The notes beneath the pieces were generated by a model that was not told where the DNA came from, made no database searches, and saw only the letters and a list, made by a program, of their open reading frames with translations. The translations under genes and the position numbers were made by a program. Positions 9,185 to 16,938 of a stretch of DNA of 64,000 nucleotides are shown here, one piece after another. The stretch's first letter is position 1. Each line of letters starts with the position of its first letter. Origin of the DNA: Fimbriimonadales bacterium (GTDB lineage Bacteria; Armatimonadota; Fimbriimonadia; Fimbriimonadales; ATM1); NCBI GenBank assembly GCA_046330175.1, contig JAXLTG010000001.1:723599-787598 (forward strand). Reading direction: 5' to 3'.

Positions 9185-10243
9185 GTGCTTGACGCTCTTT
9201 CAAAATCGGAAGTGCCCTTGTGGGTGACGATCTTGCTTACGGTAGTCTCGCCGTTCCTCCTCGAGATTTCAAAGAGGTTGGTTCGCAAGACGCCGCCAGC
9301 CAATGACTCTCCCACTGCTGTCATACAAGGGCGCGAGGGGCAAACCGTGACCACAATCGTCTCGACGCAGCCGCACGCCGGCAGCGCATACAACGTCGGC
9401 CTCATGGACCGCCTGACTGCGAGCGTTCCCTTGCAAGGCTCTGGGGCTCAAGGCACAAATGCGTCCGAATTGCTCTTCCAAAAGGGTTTGGAATCGGCAA
9501 GGGCAGGTCACTGGGAAGCGACTCGTGACATCCTTGCGGTGGCGGTGCAGGTGGACCCGGCTCATCTGCGTTCGGTGAGAGGATTGATCGTGGCGGAGGC
9601 AGCCTTGGGGAACGACACGGTCGCCCTGGAACGCGTGAACCGCTCCCTCGATGCCGATCCTGCCGACCCGGAGATGTTGGAACTCCGGGCAATTATCCTG
9701 TCTGACACGGGCTTCTTTGCGGAAGCCGTACAAGTATTCGACGAAGCTGAACGAATTGGCGGGCCGAACTTTGCGATCTTCGTCAACCGAGCAATTTGCT
9801 ATCACTTGCTGGGGGAGGAAGGGATGTCGGAACTGGATTTTCGCCGTGCGCTCGCGATAAAACCCGACTGCACAGAAGCGCGCATCGGCTTAGCAAACGC
9901 CCGGACGAGCCAAGGCGACTACACCTCAGCGATGCCCGTCTACGACAAAGCAATACGCGAAGATTCTGACAACGCAATCGCTTTCGCGGCTAGAGCTATT
10001 GCCAGGGCGAACCTTCGCGATTGGAAAGGCGCGGTCGAGGACCTCGATGAGGCAGTCCGTCTCGACCCAGCCAATGACCGGGTGTTCCGCTTACGTGCGC
10101 GGGCCAAACTTGAATTAGGAGACGGAGGGGGTGCAGAAGTCGATAGGCGCATTGCAGATGCCTTGGCAAAAAGTCCCAAGCTCAGGAGCAACGTTTTTGG
10201 AGAGACAATTCTCTTTCGCCTGCCACCCCGGGTCGAAGAATAG
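9185..10243 (+). CDS. Tetratricopeptide-repeat protein with an N-terminal membrane anchor.
   Basis: GTG start. N-terminal hydrophobic VPLWVTILLTVVSPFLL. Repeated 34-residue A/L/Y/G patterns (e.g. ...AICYHLLGEEGMSELDFRRALAIKPDCTEARIGLANARTSQGDYTSAMPVYDKAIRED...). Confidence 0.7.
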   Translation: MLDALSKSEVPLWVTILLTVVSPFLLEISKRLVRKTPPANDSPTAVIQGREGQTVTTIVSTQPHAGSAYNVGLMDRLTASVPLQGSGAQGTNASELLFQKGLESARAGHWEATRDILAVAVQVDPAHLRSVRGLIVAEAALGNDTVALERVNRSLDADPADPEMLELRAIILSDTGFFAEAVQVFDEAERIGGPNFAIFVNRAICYHLLGEEGMSELDFRRALAIKPDCTEARIGLANARTSQGDYTSAMPVYDKAIREDSDNAIAFAARAIARANLRDWKGAVEDLDEAVRLDPANDRVFRLRARAKLELGDGGGAEVDRRIADALAKSPKLRSNVFGETILFRLPPRVEE

Positions 10244-10265
10244 TTTCGGGGCGAGTGACACGGTC

Positions 10266-10310
10266 GGGTGGCACGGACAACTCGTAGATGTTGTCCGTGC
10301 TTGATGCGGT
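10266..10310. repeat. Repeat family R2, copy 1. Hairpin with an 11-bp perfect stem: GCACGGACAAC-TCGTAGAT-GTTGTCCGTGC.
   Basis: Nearly identical to 11606-11640 (GGTGGCACGGGCAACTCGTAGATGTTGTCCGCG). Related to 10397-10428. Confidence 0.7.
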
Positions 10311-10396
10311 CTCAAACTAATCGCGTCAAGCGCGGAGAATCGTTCGAGCGGAAGTCGGTAATAATCATGATTATGATTGTTGAACAGCAGAAAGGT

Positions 10397-10482
10397 CGCA
10401 CACGGACAAGCGCTCCGCGTTGTCCGTGCCACCCGTCCGTGAGTGATGCGAAAAAAAAGGCGGGGGCGATGAACGCCACCCC
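10397..10482. repeat. Repeat family R2, copy 2. A CACGGACAA...TTGTCCGTG hairpin is followed by GATGCGAAAAAAAA and the hairpin GGCGGGGGCG-ATGAA-CGCCACCCCC, which is terminator-like on the minus strand.
   Basis: Block GCGAAAAAAAAGGCGGGGGCGATGAACGCCACCC is shared with 11646-11683. Confidence 0.65.
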
Positions 10483-10492
10483 CAGCGACTGA

Positions 10493-10517
10493 TCCCCTTC
10501 CTCCCGGCGCGGGAGGA
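10493..10517. repeat. Perfect GC-rich palindrome CCTTCCTCCCG-GCG-CGGGAGGAAGG.
   Basis: Reverse-complement symmetry read directly from the sequence. Confidence 0.6.
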
Positions 10518-10644
10518 AGGGCCAGGGATGGAGGGCTCGACGTTTGGCAAAATGCTCGGTGCGAAGAGAGTGAGCGAGCGATCGTCGTGAAGGAGATCGC
10601 GAATAACGGCGTGGGTACTCGAATGATTGAAACCTCCTATTCCG

Positions 10645-10671
10645 ACCTTTCCTCCTTGCCAAGGAGGAAAG
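10645..10671. repeat. Near-perfect 27-bp palindrome CCTTTCCTCCTTG-C-CAAGGAGGAAAGG. Each arm contains a Shine-Dalgarno-like AAGGAGGAAAGG.
   Basis: 13-bp arms are exact reverse complements around a single central base. Confidence 0.6.
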
Positions 10672-10713
10672 GGGCTGTTCGCACAACCACGCCAGCAGCA
10701 TCCGCGATTCAAA

Positions 10714-11445
10714 TCACCCGGATTCCTCGATCAGTTTCGACCATCGTTTCAATCGCCCGTCAATTATTCTGCGCTGTGCTCCACGCGATTCTAATCTCAG
10801 CCGCTCCAACTTCTCAACCCGTTGCTTCGCGATTCCAATAACGTGAGCTTGCACCGCGGCGAAATCCTCCTCGCTTCGAAACGCCGATTTCGGAATGAAG
10901 TACACAGTGGCGTTGGGAAGCTCGAATTGGAAAGAACCCTCGACGGCAGAGATCATGTTGATAACATCCCAATCGCAGGTAGTTCGAATACCCGAGGACT
11001 CAATGAGAATCGCCTTATCGGAGAGTGTGCCGTTTCTTTCGTCATAAAAAGAGTTGTACAGCGGGCTTTCGAGCCACGCATTAGTTTGTCGCAGCCGTTT
11101 TGCCTTTGAGATCGCGACACTCCCCCAAAGGATTATCGCGATTCCGAACGACAACAGATACATACCAAACGGCGAGGGCTCGTCGCTGTAAAGATATGTC
11201 CAAAAAGGCACGAATGCCGTGACCAAGCCGATCCACATAATTACGCAATTGGACGCCCCATGCTCGCGCCGGTATTGGCTCGCCGCCCAACGGTTACCGT
11301 CATCTTTAGTAAACCGCCAGGGGTTTAGCTGTATCTCCACGTAGGTAATTATGAAGCGGGTGCGTGGCAGGGTGCCGCGGATGAATCGTTGCTGTTGTCC
11401 GAGAGTGATGCGAATGCCGCCGCTCCGAATCCCCCTCTCATGCAT
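10714..11445 (-). CDS. Hypothetical membrane protein of YcxB-like architecture, with two TM helices and a C-terminal PH-like domain. It is flanked by direct R2 repeat copies.
   Basis: Hydrophobic pair VIMWIGLVTAFVPFWTYLY / MYLLSFGIAIILWGSVAI followed by a soluble domain. The start codon is uncertain, since an internal Met is possible. Assignment is by architecture only. Confidence 0.45.
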   Translation of the reverse strand: MHERGIRSGGIRITLGQQQRFIRGTLPRTRFIITYVEIQLNPWRFTKDDGNRWAASQYRREHGASNCVIMWIGLVTAFVPFWTYLYSDEPSPFGMYLLSFGIAIILWGSVAISKAKRLRQTNAWLESPLYNSFYDERNGTLSDKAILIESSGIRTTCDWDVINMISAVEGSFQFELPNATVYFIPKSAFRSEEDFAAVQAHVIGIAKQRVEKLERLRLESRGAQRRIIDGRLKRWSKLIEESG

Positions 11446-11605
11446 CTGTGCGGGAGAGGGGCAAGGGGAGAGGGTGTCCCGAAACCGATCGTCAAGTTAG
11501 TTGACCTGATCAACCGCAACCCGATCAAATCTCATCCTCACCCCCTCTCTATGTCTCTCCCCCGCGCCGACGCAGGGGAGAGATTTCCTAATGCGATACC
11601 ACGGC

Positions 11606-11686
11606 GGGTGGCACGGGCAACTCGTAGATGTTGTCCGCGAGCAATGCGAACAAAAAAGGCGGGGGCGATGAACGCCACCCGCCTTG
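11606..11686. repeat. Repeat family R2, copy 3. It contains the hairpin GGCACGGGCAAC-TCGTAGAT-GTTGTCCGCG, an A-run, and the hairpin GGCGGGGGCG-ATGAA-CGCCACCCGCC.
   Basis: Matches copies 1 and 2. Located in the 3' UTR of flagellin 2. Confidence 0.7.
11649..11683 (-). terminator. Rho-independent terminator of flagellin 2. On the minus strand the GC hairpin (11658-11683) is followed by TTTTTTG.
   Basis: Stem GGCGGGGGCG/CGCC(A)CCCGCC with loop ATGAA. The A6 run at 11652-11657 on the plus strand is a U-run on the minus transcript. It is 24 nt downstream of the TAG at 11707-11709. Confidence 0.65.
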
Positions 11687-11706
11687 CGTGTTTTCCCCTT
11701 ACGTGC

Positions 11707-13146
11707 CTACCTGAAAAGACTAAGTACGTTCTGTGAGCTCTGATTCGCTTGGGAAAGAACCGCCAAACCGGCTTGGCTAAGAATCTGCAGCTTTGTGAAC
11801 TGCGTCATCTCCGCCGCCACGTCCAGATCGCGAATCGTGCTTTCGGTAACAATCACGTTTTCACGCGTGATGTTGAGCGAGCGCACGTTGCTTTCAAGAA
11901 CGTTTCGCTGGAAGTTTCCGATGTTGCCTCGAATGGACGTGACGTGCGTAATCGCTTCGTCAATAATCCTAATCGCTTCATTGACACCGTTCGCAGTGGT
12001 GATGTCAATGGTCGAGAGGTTTTTGCCGTTGATGACGCCGCCTCCGAGCTGACTGGTCATGATGTTCGAGAGCGAGAGCGACACCGATTGTCCCGCATTC
12101 GATCCGATTTGGAACGATGCAGATCCGGCGTCAATTCGACCGACCGCAGCGGCTGCGCCAACGGCGTTGCCTGCTTCGGTAAGAACGATTGCGTTTCCGT
12201 AGTTGTCGGTGAGCTTCAGGCCCTGGTCGCTGTTTCGTCCACCAGTGAACGTTGCAGTCATCGGCCCGTTCGCAGTTGTGACGGTCACGTCGGCGATCGC
12301 ATCCGTGCCTGCCGCGTTGACGTTGCCCGCGCCGTTAATCAGACCCGCAGTGTCCGTAAAGCTAATCTTAAAGTTCGAGCCATACGTGGACTGTGTGAGA
12401 ACGACGTTTGTGCCGTCGAAGTTGAACGACACGCCGGTAATGTTCGATGCGGCATTGAATCGCGAGAGAAGCGATTGCAGCGATTCGGTGCCGTCGGTGC
12501 TGAACGCCATTCCGTTTACGACGAATGTGCCTGCGCCAAGAATGGTGTCCATTCCATTTGCAGAGAGGTCAACCGAACCAGTGATGGTGGCTCGCGAGGC
12601 TGCGGTTGTGACTTGAACGGTCACGGTGCCGCTGCTGTTGACGCTGACGTTGCTAAACGTTCCGCCAACGTTGATGTAGTCGTAGTTGGCGGCGTCGGTA
12701 ACGGTTGAGACGATTCCAGCAGAACCGTCGAGCAGCTTCTTGTTGCCGAATTGGGTTTGGGTTGCGATTCTGTCAATCGAAGAAAGGATGGACTGAATCT
12801 GGTTCTGGTTTGCGCGAATAGCTGTGCTGTCGAGCGCGCCGGTGTTGCCCGATGCGACTGCGAGCTTTCTTGCGTCGGTGAGCAGTCGGCTCACTTCGTC
12901 GAAAGCGCCTTCGGCGGTCTTTGCGTAGTTGATGGCGTCCTGGTTGTTTTGGACGGCCTGTTCCAAGCCTTTGATTTGGGCCCGGAAGTTTTCAGAGATG
13001 ATAAGGCCGGCAGGGTCATCCGCAGCAGTGGTGATTCGCAAGCCGGTCGAAAGCCGAGTGATGGAGTGTGTGAAGTCTGAGGTTGTATTGCCCAGATTTC
13101 GGAGCGCGGTAAGCGCGCCAACGTTGGTATTGACACGAAACGACAT
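11707..13146 (-). CDS. fliC: Flagellin (FliC family) paralog, 479 aa, about 80% identical to the 6062-7501 copy. The start is reassigned to the internal ATG.
   Basis: MSFRVNTNVGALTALRNLGNT...LSTGLRITTAADDPAGLIISENFRAQ and C-terminus ...TQFTKLQILSQAGLAVLSQANQSSQNVLSLFR. The ATG at 13144-13146 is preceded by AAGGAGGA 6 nt upstream. The 27-codon extension to 13227 has no RBS. Confidence 0.95.
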   Translation of the reverse strand: MSFRVNTNVGALTALRNLGNTTSDFTHSITRLSTGLRITTAADDPAGLIISENFRAQIKGLEQAVQNNQDAINYAKTAEGAFDEVSRLLTDARKLAVASGNTGALDSTAIRANQNQIQSILSSIDRIATQTQFGNKKLLDGSAGIVSTVTDAANYDYINVGGTFSNVSVNSSGTVTVQVTTAASRATITGSVDLSANGMDTILGAGTFVVNGMAFSTDGTESLQSLLSRFNAASNITGVSFNFDGTNVVLTQSTYGSNFKISFTDTAGLINGAGNVNAAGTDAIADVTVTTANGPMTATFTGGRNSDQGLKLTDNYGNAIVLTEAGNAVGAAAAVGRIDAGSASFQIGSNAGQSVSLSLSNIMTSQLGGGVINGKNLSTIDITTANGVNEAIRIIDEAITHVTSIRGNIGNFQRNVLESNVRSLNITRENVIVTESTIRDLDVAAEMTQFTKLQILSQAGLAVLSQANQSSQNVLSLFR

Positions 13147-13350
13147 GTGATCCTCCTTGATGTCGTAAGGGTTGTAAGAGATCGCGTCGGTCTGGCAATC
13201 CGTCGCCTTCCTTGGCGTCTCTGGCACTTTCGCAGGGAAAAACTGCGAATCTTGCCTGGGATATTCCTGTTAGAACTGCCTGAATCCCAAGCAGAATTAC
13301 CGGGTTTGGTCCCGATATTTCTGCTGGGTTGGTTCGAGCATAATCAGCTC

Positions 13351-14724
13351 ATGGCTGAAATCATCGAGCCCTTTCGCATCAAGGCCGTCGAACCGATCCG
13401 GTTCACCACCCCCGATGAGAGGCGGCGAATTCTCCAGGAGGCCCACTTCAACCCGTTCCTGATTCACGCTGACGACATCCTGATTGACCTCCTCACCGAC
13501 AGCGGAACGAGCGCGATGTCCGCCGCTCAGTGGGGGGCAATGATGGTAGGGGATGAAAGCTACGCGGGTTCTCGAAGTTTTCTGCGGTTCGAGGCGAAAG
13601 TTCGGGAGATTACGGGCCTGAAGCACATCATTCCGGTGCACCAGGGTCGTGCTGCTGAGAGGCTGCTGTTTTCGATCGTTGGGGGCGAAGGGAAGTGCAT
13701 TCCCAACAACAACCATTTTGATACGACGCGCGCGAACATTGAGTACACCGGAGCAGAGGCGCTTGATCTGGTTGTGGCGGAGGCTGCGCAGCTTGAGGCG
13801 CCGCTGCACTTTAAGGGAAATATGGATTGCCGAAAGCTCGAGGAAGTTATTAAGTTTCGTGGGGCTTCGAGTATTCCTTGTGTGATGCTGACAATCACAA
13901 ACAACACCGGTGGCGGTCAGCCGGTGAGCATGGCGAACATTCGCCAAGTCTCAGAAATCGCTCGAAGTTTTGGCATTCCGTTCTACCTTGACGCGTGTCG
14001 GTTTGCGGAGAATTCGTACTTCATAAAGCTCGATGAGCCTGGCTATGCAGACATGTCTCCGAAACAGATTGCTCAAGAGATGTTCTCTTATTGCGACGGT
14101 GCAACGATGTCTGCAAAGAAAGATGCGTTTGGGAATATGGGTGGATTTTTGGCGCTGAACGATGATTCGCTTGCTGAAAAGGCGCGCAACTTACTCATCT
14201 TGACGGAAGGGTTCCCGACGTATGGCGGGCTGGCTGGAAGAGATTTGGAAGCGCTTGCCGTTGGTTTGGATGAGGTACTGGATCCACACTATCTTGAGTA
14301 CCGACTGGCGTGCGCGCGATATCTCGCGGCGAAGTGTGTTGACGCGGGAGTGAGCGTAGTGCAGCCGGCTGGTGGACACGCGGTTTACATAGATGCGAAG
14401 AAGTTCTATCCGAACATTCCTTACTACGAGTACCCAGCACAAAGGCTGGTCTGTGAGCTTTACGAGACCGGCGGAATTAGGGCCGTGGAGATCGGCACGG
14501 TGATGTTCGGGCGTCCCGATGCGGCGACGGGGAAGGACACTCCCGCAAAGAACGAGCTCGTAAGGCTCGCGCTCCCCCGTCGTGTTTACACACAATCGCA
14601 TGTGAACTATGTTGGTGAGATTATTGTTGAAGTGTTTCGACGTCGGGACACGGCGAAAGGGCTAAGGATCACAAAGCAGCCTGAGTTCCTGCGGCACTTT
14701 ACGGCTGAGTTCGCCGAGTGTTGA
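13351..14724 (+). CDS. Tryptophanase / tyrosine phenol-lyase family (beta-eliminating lyase, PLP-dependent), 457 aa.
   Basis: MAEIIEPFRIKAVEPIRFTTPDERRRILQEAHFNPFLIHADDILIDLLTDSGTSAMS...SAKKDAFGNMGGFLALNDD...RLALPRRVYTQSHVNYVGEIIVEV. End-to-end resemblance to TnaA/TPL, including the PLP-Lys region. ATG at 13351. The upstream in-frame ORF extension overlapping fliC is rejected. Confidence 0.85.
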   Translation: MAEIIEPFRIKAVEPIRFTTPDERRRILQEAHFNPFLIHADDILIDLLTDSGTSAMSAAQWGAMMVGDESYAGSRSFLRFEAKVREITGLKHIIPVHQGRAAERLLFSIVGGEGKCIPNNNHFDTTRANIEYTGAEALDLVVAEAAQLEAPLHFKGNMDCRKLEEVIKFRGASSIPCVMLTITNNTGGGQPVSMANIRQVSEIARSFGIPFYLDACRFAENSYFIKLDEPGYADMSPKQIAQEMFSYCDGATMSAKKDAFGNMGGFLALNDDSLAEKARNLLILTEGFPTYGGLAGRDLEALAVGLDEVLDPHYLEYRLACARYLAAKCVDAGVSVVQPAGGHAVYIDAKKFYPNIPYYEYPAQRLVCELYETGGIRAVEIGTVMFGRPDAATGKDTPAKNELVRLALPRRVYTQSHVNYVGEIIVEVFRRRDTAKGLRITKQPEFLRHFTAEFAEC

Positions 14725-14785
14725 AGCCGTTCTGTTGCCGGAGTCGTATACTGTTCTTGTTGAGTCCTAATCAAAGGAAAAAGTT

Positions 14786-15910
14786 TTGTTAGAAGTTATC
14801 TGGCAGATTCTTGCCGTTGCGCTGGTCTTCACCGTGGTCGTGGGTTTTCACGAGCTCGGCCACTTCCTACTTGCACGTAGGTACGGCATGGATGTGGACG
14901 AGTTTGCCGTGGGTTTTGGGCCCAAGCTGTTCAGCAGGAAGAGTAAGCGCGGGACGGTTTTCGCGTTTCGGATGATCCCGCTTGGCGGATTTGTGAGGGT
15001 GAAGGGATCCGAGCCGAAAGCTGACGGGAGTGAGGTGTTGATTCCCGGCGGTTTCTTCAGTCAGGGTCCGTGGCGCAGAGGAGTTGTGTTTCTCGCTGGA
15101 CCAATTTTTAGCCTCCTTCTTGGGGTGCTGATGTTCTTCGCGGTGTCGTTTGTTTACGGCGTGCCTGGCAAAGAGCCGGTGATCGGCGATGTGCTCGCGG
15201 GGACACCCGCTCAGAAAGGTGGGCTGCTTCCGGGTGACCGGGTCGTGAGCATTGACGGCAGGCGAGTGGAGAGTTACCAGGCGATGAGGGAGATGGTTCG
15301 TCCGAGTAAGGGAGAACTGTCGTTCGTCGTGGCACGAGGCGGTCTGGAGCAGACCCTGAAGATCACTCCCGAGCAGAAGCTTCAAAAGCTGACTGACGGG
15401 GATGGCGCCGTGATGTATGACGATTCGGGCAAGCCGATCTCGAAGGTGATGGGCTACATGGGAGCCGCGCCCGAGTCCGTTTTGTTCCAGTTCGGAGATT
15501 CGATGAGAGGGGCCATTCGGGACTCGGTTACGGTAGTAACGGAGACCGCAAAGGTGCTCGTGAACTGGCGGCGGCTGAAGGAGGAGGCAGGTGGACCGAT
15601 TACGATTGTGCAAACAACCACCGAGGTCGCCAAGTCCGGCCTCCGACCGCTGATCTTTTTAGCTGGGTTGATTAGCTTGTCGCTTGGCTTGCTCAACCTC
15701 CTGCCGATTCCGCTGCTTGATGGCGGACAGATTGTAGTAGCTCTGATTGAGGGGCTTCGCGGAGGCAAACGGCTGTCGCTCCGAGTTCAGGAAGTGGTAG
15801 CGACTGTTGGGATCGGGCTGTTGTTGCTCATCATGGTAAGCGTGATGGCGCTTGACATAGGCCGGCTCACGAACCCCAAGCCAAAGCCTGCCCCCGAGTC
15901 CGGCAAGTAG
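14786..15910 (+). CDS. rseP: RIP metalloprotease RseP (site-2 protease, M50 family) with a PDZ domain.
   Basis: HELGHFLLAR zinc motif in the first TM helix. PDZ-like GDVLAGTPAQKGGLLPGDRVVSIDGRRVESYQAM. C-terminal LLNLLPIPLLDGGQIV motif. TTG start. Confidence 0.85.
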   Translation: MLEVIWQILAVALVFTVVVGFHELGHFLLARRYGMDVDEFAVGFGPKLFSRKSKRGTVFAFRMIPLGGFVRVKGSEPKADGSEVLIPGGFFSQGPWRRGVVFLAGPIFSLLLGVLMFFAVSFVYGVPGKEPVIGDVLAGTPAQKGGLLPGDRVVSIDGRRVESYQAMREMVRPSKGELSFVVARGGLEQTLKITPEQKLQKLTDGDGAVMYDDSGKPISKVMGYMGAAPESVLFQFGDSMRGAIRDSVTVVTETAKVLVNWRRLKEEAGGPITIVQTTTEVAKSGLRPLIFLAGLISLSLGLLNLLPIPLLDGGQIVVALIEGLRGGKRLSLRVQEVVATVGIGLLLLIMVSVMALDIGRLTNPKPKPAPESGK

Positions 15911-16378
15911 CTACCGAGAGGCGGAGATTATCGGCGCGGACCTCGACCGCCCAACAAACTCGTTGGCGAGGTAACGGCCGTCCACCCGCAAGTTGCCAAT
16001 CTGCCATGTTCCGGTTGAGGGTAGGCGTACCGCTTTTTGGGCTGATCTCAACTCGACTGTGTGGTCGTTGGCGCGAGCGGTGTTGGCCGCGGAGTATTCG
16101 AAGGTCTCGAAGCGCATTGGGCCTGATATCTCGACGCATTCGGGGCCGAATGTGACCGTTGCGAGGCGGTCGCGGCCGGTGTAGGCCACGCTAAGCATCG
16201 CCGAAGCAAGCGCGCTCGTCGCGAGTGGTGCAATGAGCGACAGAGCACCAGACCGGTCGGACCGGAACCGGACCGACGCCCGGACTCCGAGGAGAACCAC
16301 GACGAGAGTAAGGAAGAGCGGGGTGAGCACGGCGGCCCACTCCCAGATTCCCAAGCTCGGTTCAAAGATGTATTTCAC
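15911..16378 (-). CDS. Hypothetical membrane protein.
   Basis: ORF of 155 aa with an N-terminal TM segment WEWAAVLTPLFLTLVVVLLGV. No recognisable domain. Confidence 0.4.
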   Translation of the reverse strand: MKYIFEPSLGIWEWAAVLTPLFLTLVVVLLGVRASVRFRSDRSGALSLIAPLATSALASAMLSVAYTGRDRLATVTFGPECVEISGPMRFETFEYSAANTARANDHTVELRSAQKAVRLPSTGTWQIGNLRVDGRYLANEFVGRSRSAPIISASR

Positions 16379-16415
16379 GGCGTCTGCCTATTATTGTCGG
16401 TTCGGGGGTGCGGTA

Positions 16416-16507
16416 TGGCGGAGAGGGTGGGATTCGAACCCACGGGAGCCTTGCGACCCCACCGCATTTCGAGTGCGGCGCACTAGACCGGGCTATGCGA
16501 CCTCTCC
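16416..16507 (-). tRNA. tRNA-Ser (anticodon CGA), 92 nt with a long variable arm. CCA is encoded.
   Basis: The reverse complement folds as a cloverleaf: acceptor GGAGAGG/CCUCUCC, anticodon stem CCGCA/UGCGG with loop CUCGAAA, long extra arm, T-loop GUUCGAAUC, discriminator G plus CCA. Confidence 0.85.
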
Positions 16508-16557
16508 GCGAAGAGACGCCATTTTATCAGAGATTGGCTCCAACTCCAAAATCCCGC

Positions 16558-16917
16558 ATGTCTCACAGTGAGGATTTCGGGCTGCGGCGGAATCTCACTC
16601 ATGCTGTGAGCATAAACTTTCTGAACGAGCCACGGAAGTTCATCCCTTCCGATATCGTCCTTTACGCGGCCCTCGCGCTGTTGGATTTTGCGCTCACCAT
16701 CTTCGCCATTCAGATGGGCCACTCGGAGTCGAACCCGATCCTTGCGCCGGCGGTTGACAATGGCCTGTTCGACTTTCTGAAGTTGTCGCTCACCCTGTTG
16801 GTCGTCTGTACGGCGTTTTACATGTGGCGGAAGCGACTCACCCGGCATGTCATGGCGGGAGCTAACGCGCTCATGGTCTCGGTGATCGTTTACCACGTCA
16901 GCCTGCACATGGGATAG
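16558..16917 (+). CDS. Small membrane protein (DUF5658-like).
   Basis: About 120 aa with three hydrophobic helices and an SNPIL motif. Start is trimmed to the ATG at 16558 because the longer ORF overlaps the tRNA. Confidence 0.4.
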   Translation: MSHSEDFGLRRNLTHAVSINFLNEPRKFIPSDIVLYAALALLDFALTIFAIQMGHSESNPILAPAVDNGLFDFLKLSLTLLVVCTAFYMWRKRLTRHVMAGANALMVSVIVYHVSLHMG

Positions 16918-16938
16918 CTTTGGTAGACTCGGACCCGG

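Noticed and set aside
10587-10841. An 84-aa plus-strand ORF in the island
   Set aside because: It spans the SD-like palindrome and overlaps the 3' end of the convergent YcxB-like gene. No supporting signals.
8060-11700. Possible CRISPR array, given the many short repeats
   Set aside because: The repeats are irregularly spaced, of different families, and are partly inverted. There are no uniform spacers and no cas genes.
11749-12708. A 319-aa plus-strand ORF and others antisense to flagellin 2
   Set aside because: Same reasoning as above. They are mirror-frame artefacts of the flagellin gene.
13147-13227. The N-terminal 27-codon extension of flagellin 2 (MPETPRK...), and the 68-codon in-frame extension of the lyase gene overlapping it
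   Set aside because: A perfect SD AAGGAGGA precedes the internal ATG at 13146, and the protein then begins with the canonical MSFRVNTN. The lyase extension has no RBS and would overlap fliC.
16408-16557. N-terminal part of the 169-aa ORF overlapping tRNA-Ser
   Set aside because: It would be encoded antisense to the tRNA. The ORF was trimmed to the ATG at 16558, which precedes the hydrophobic domain.
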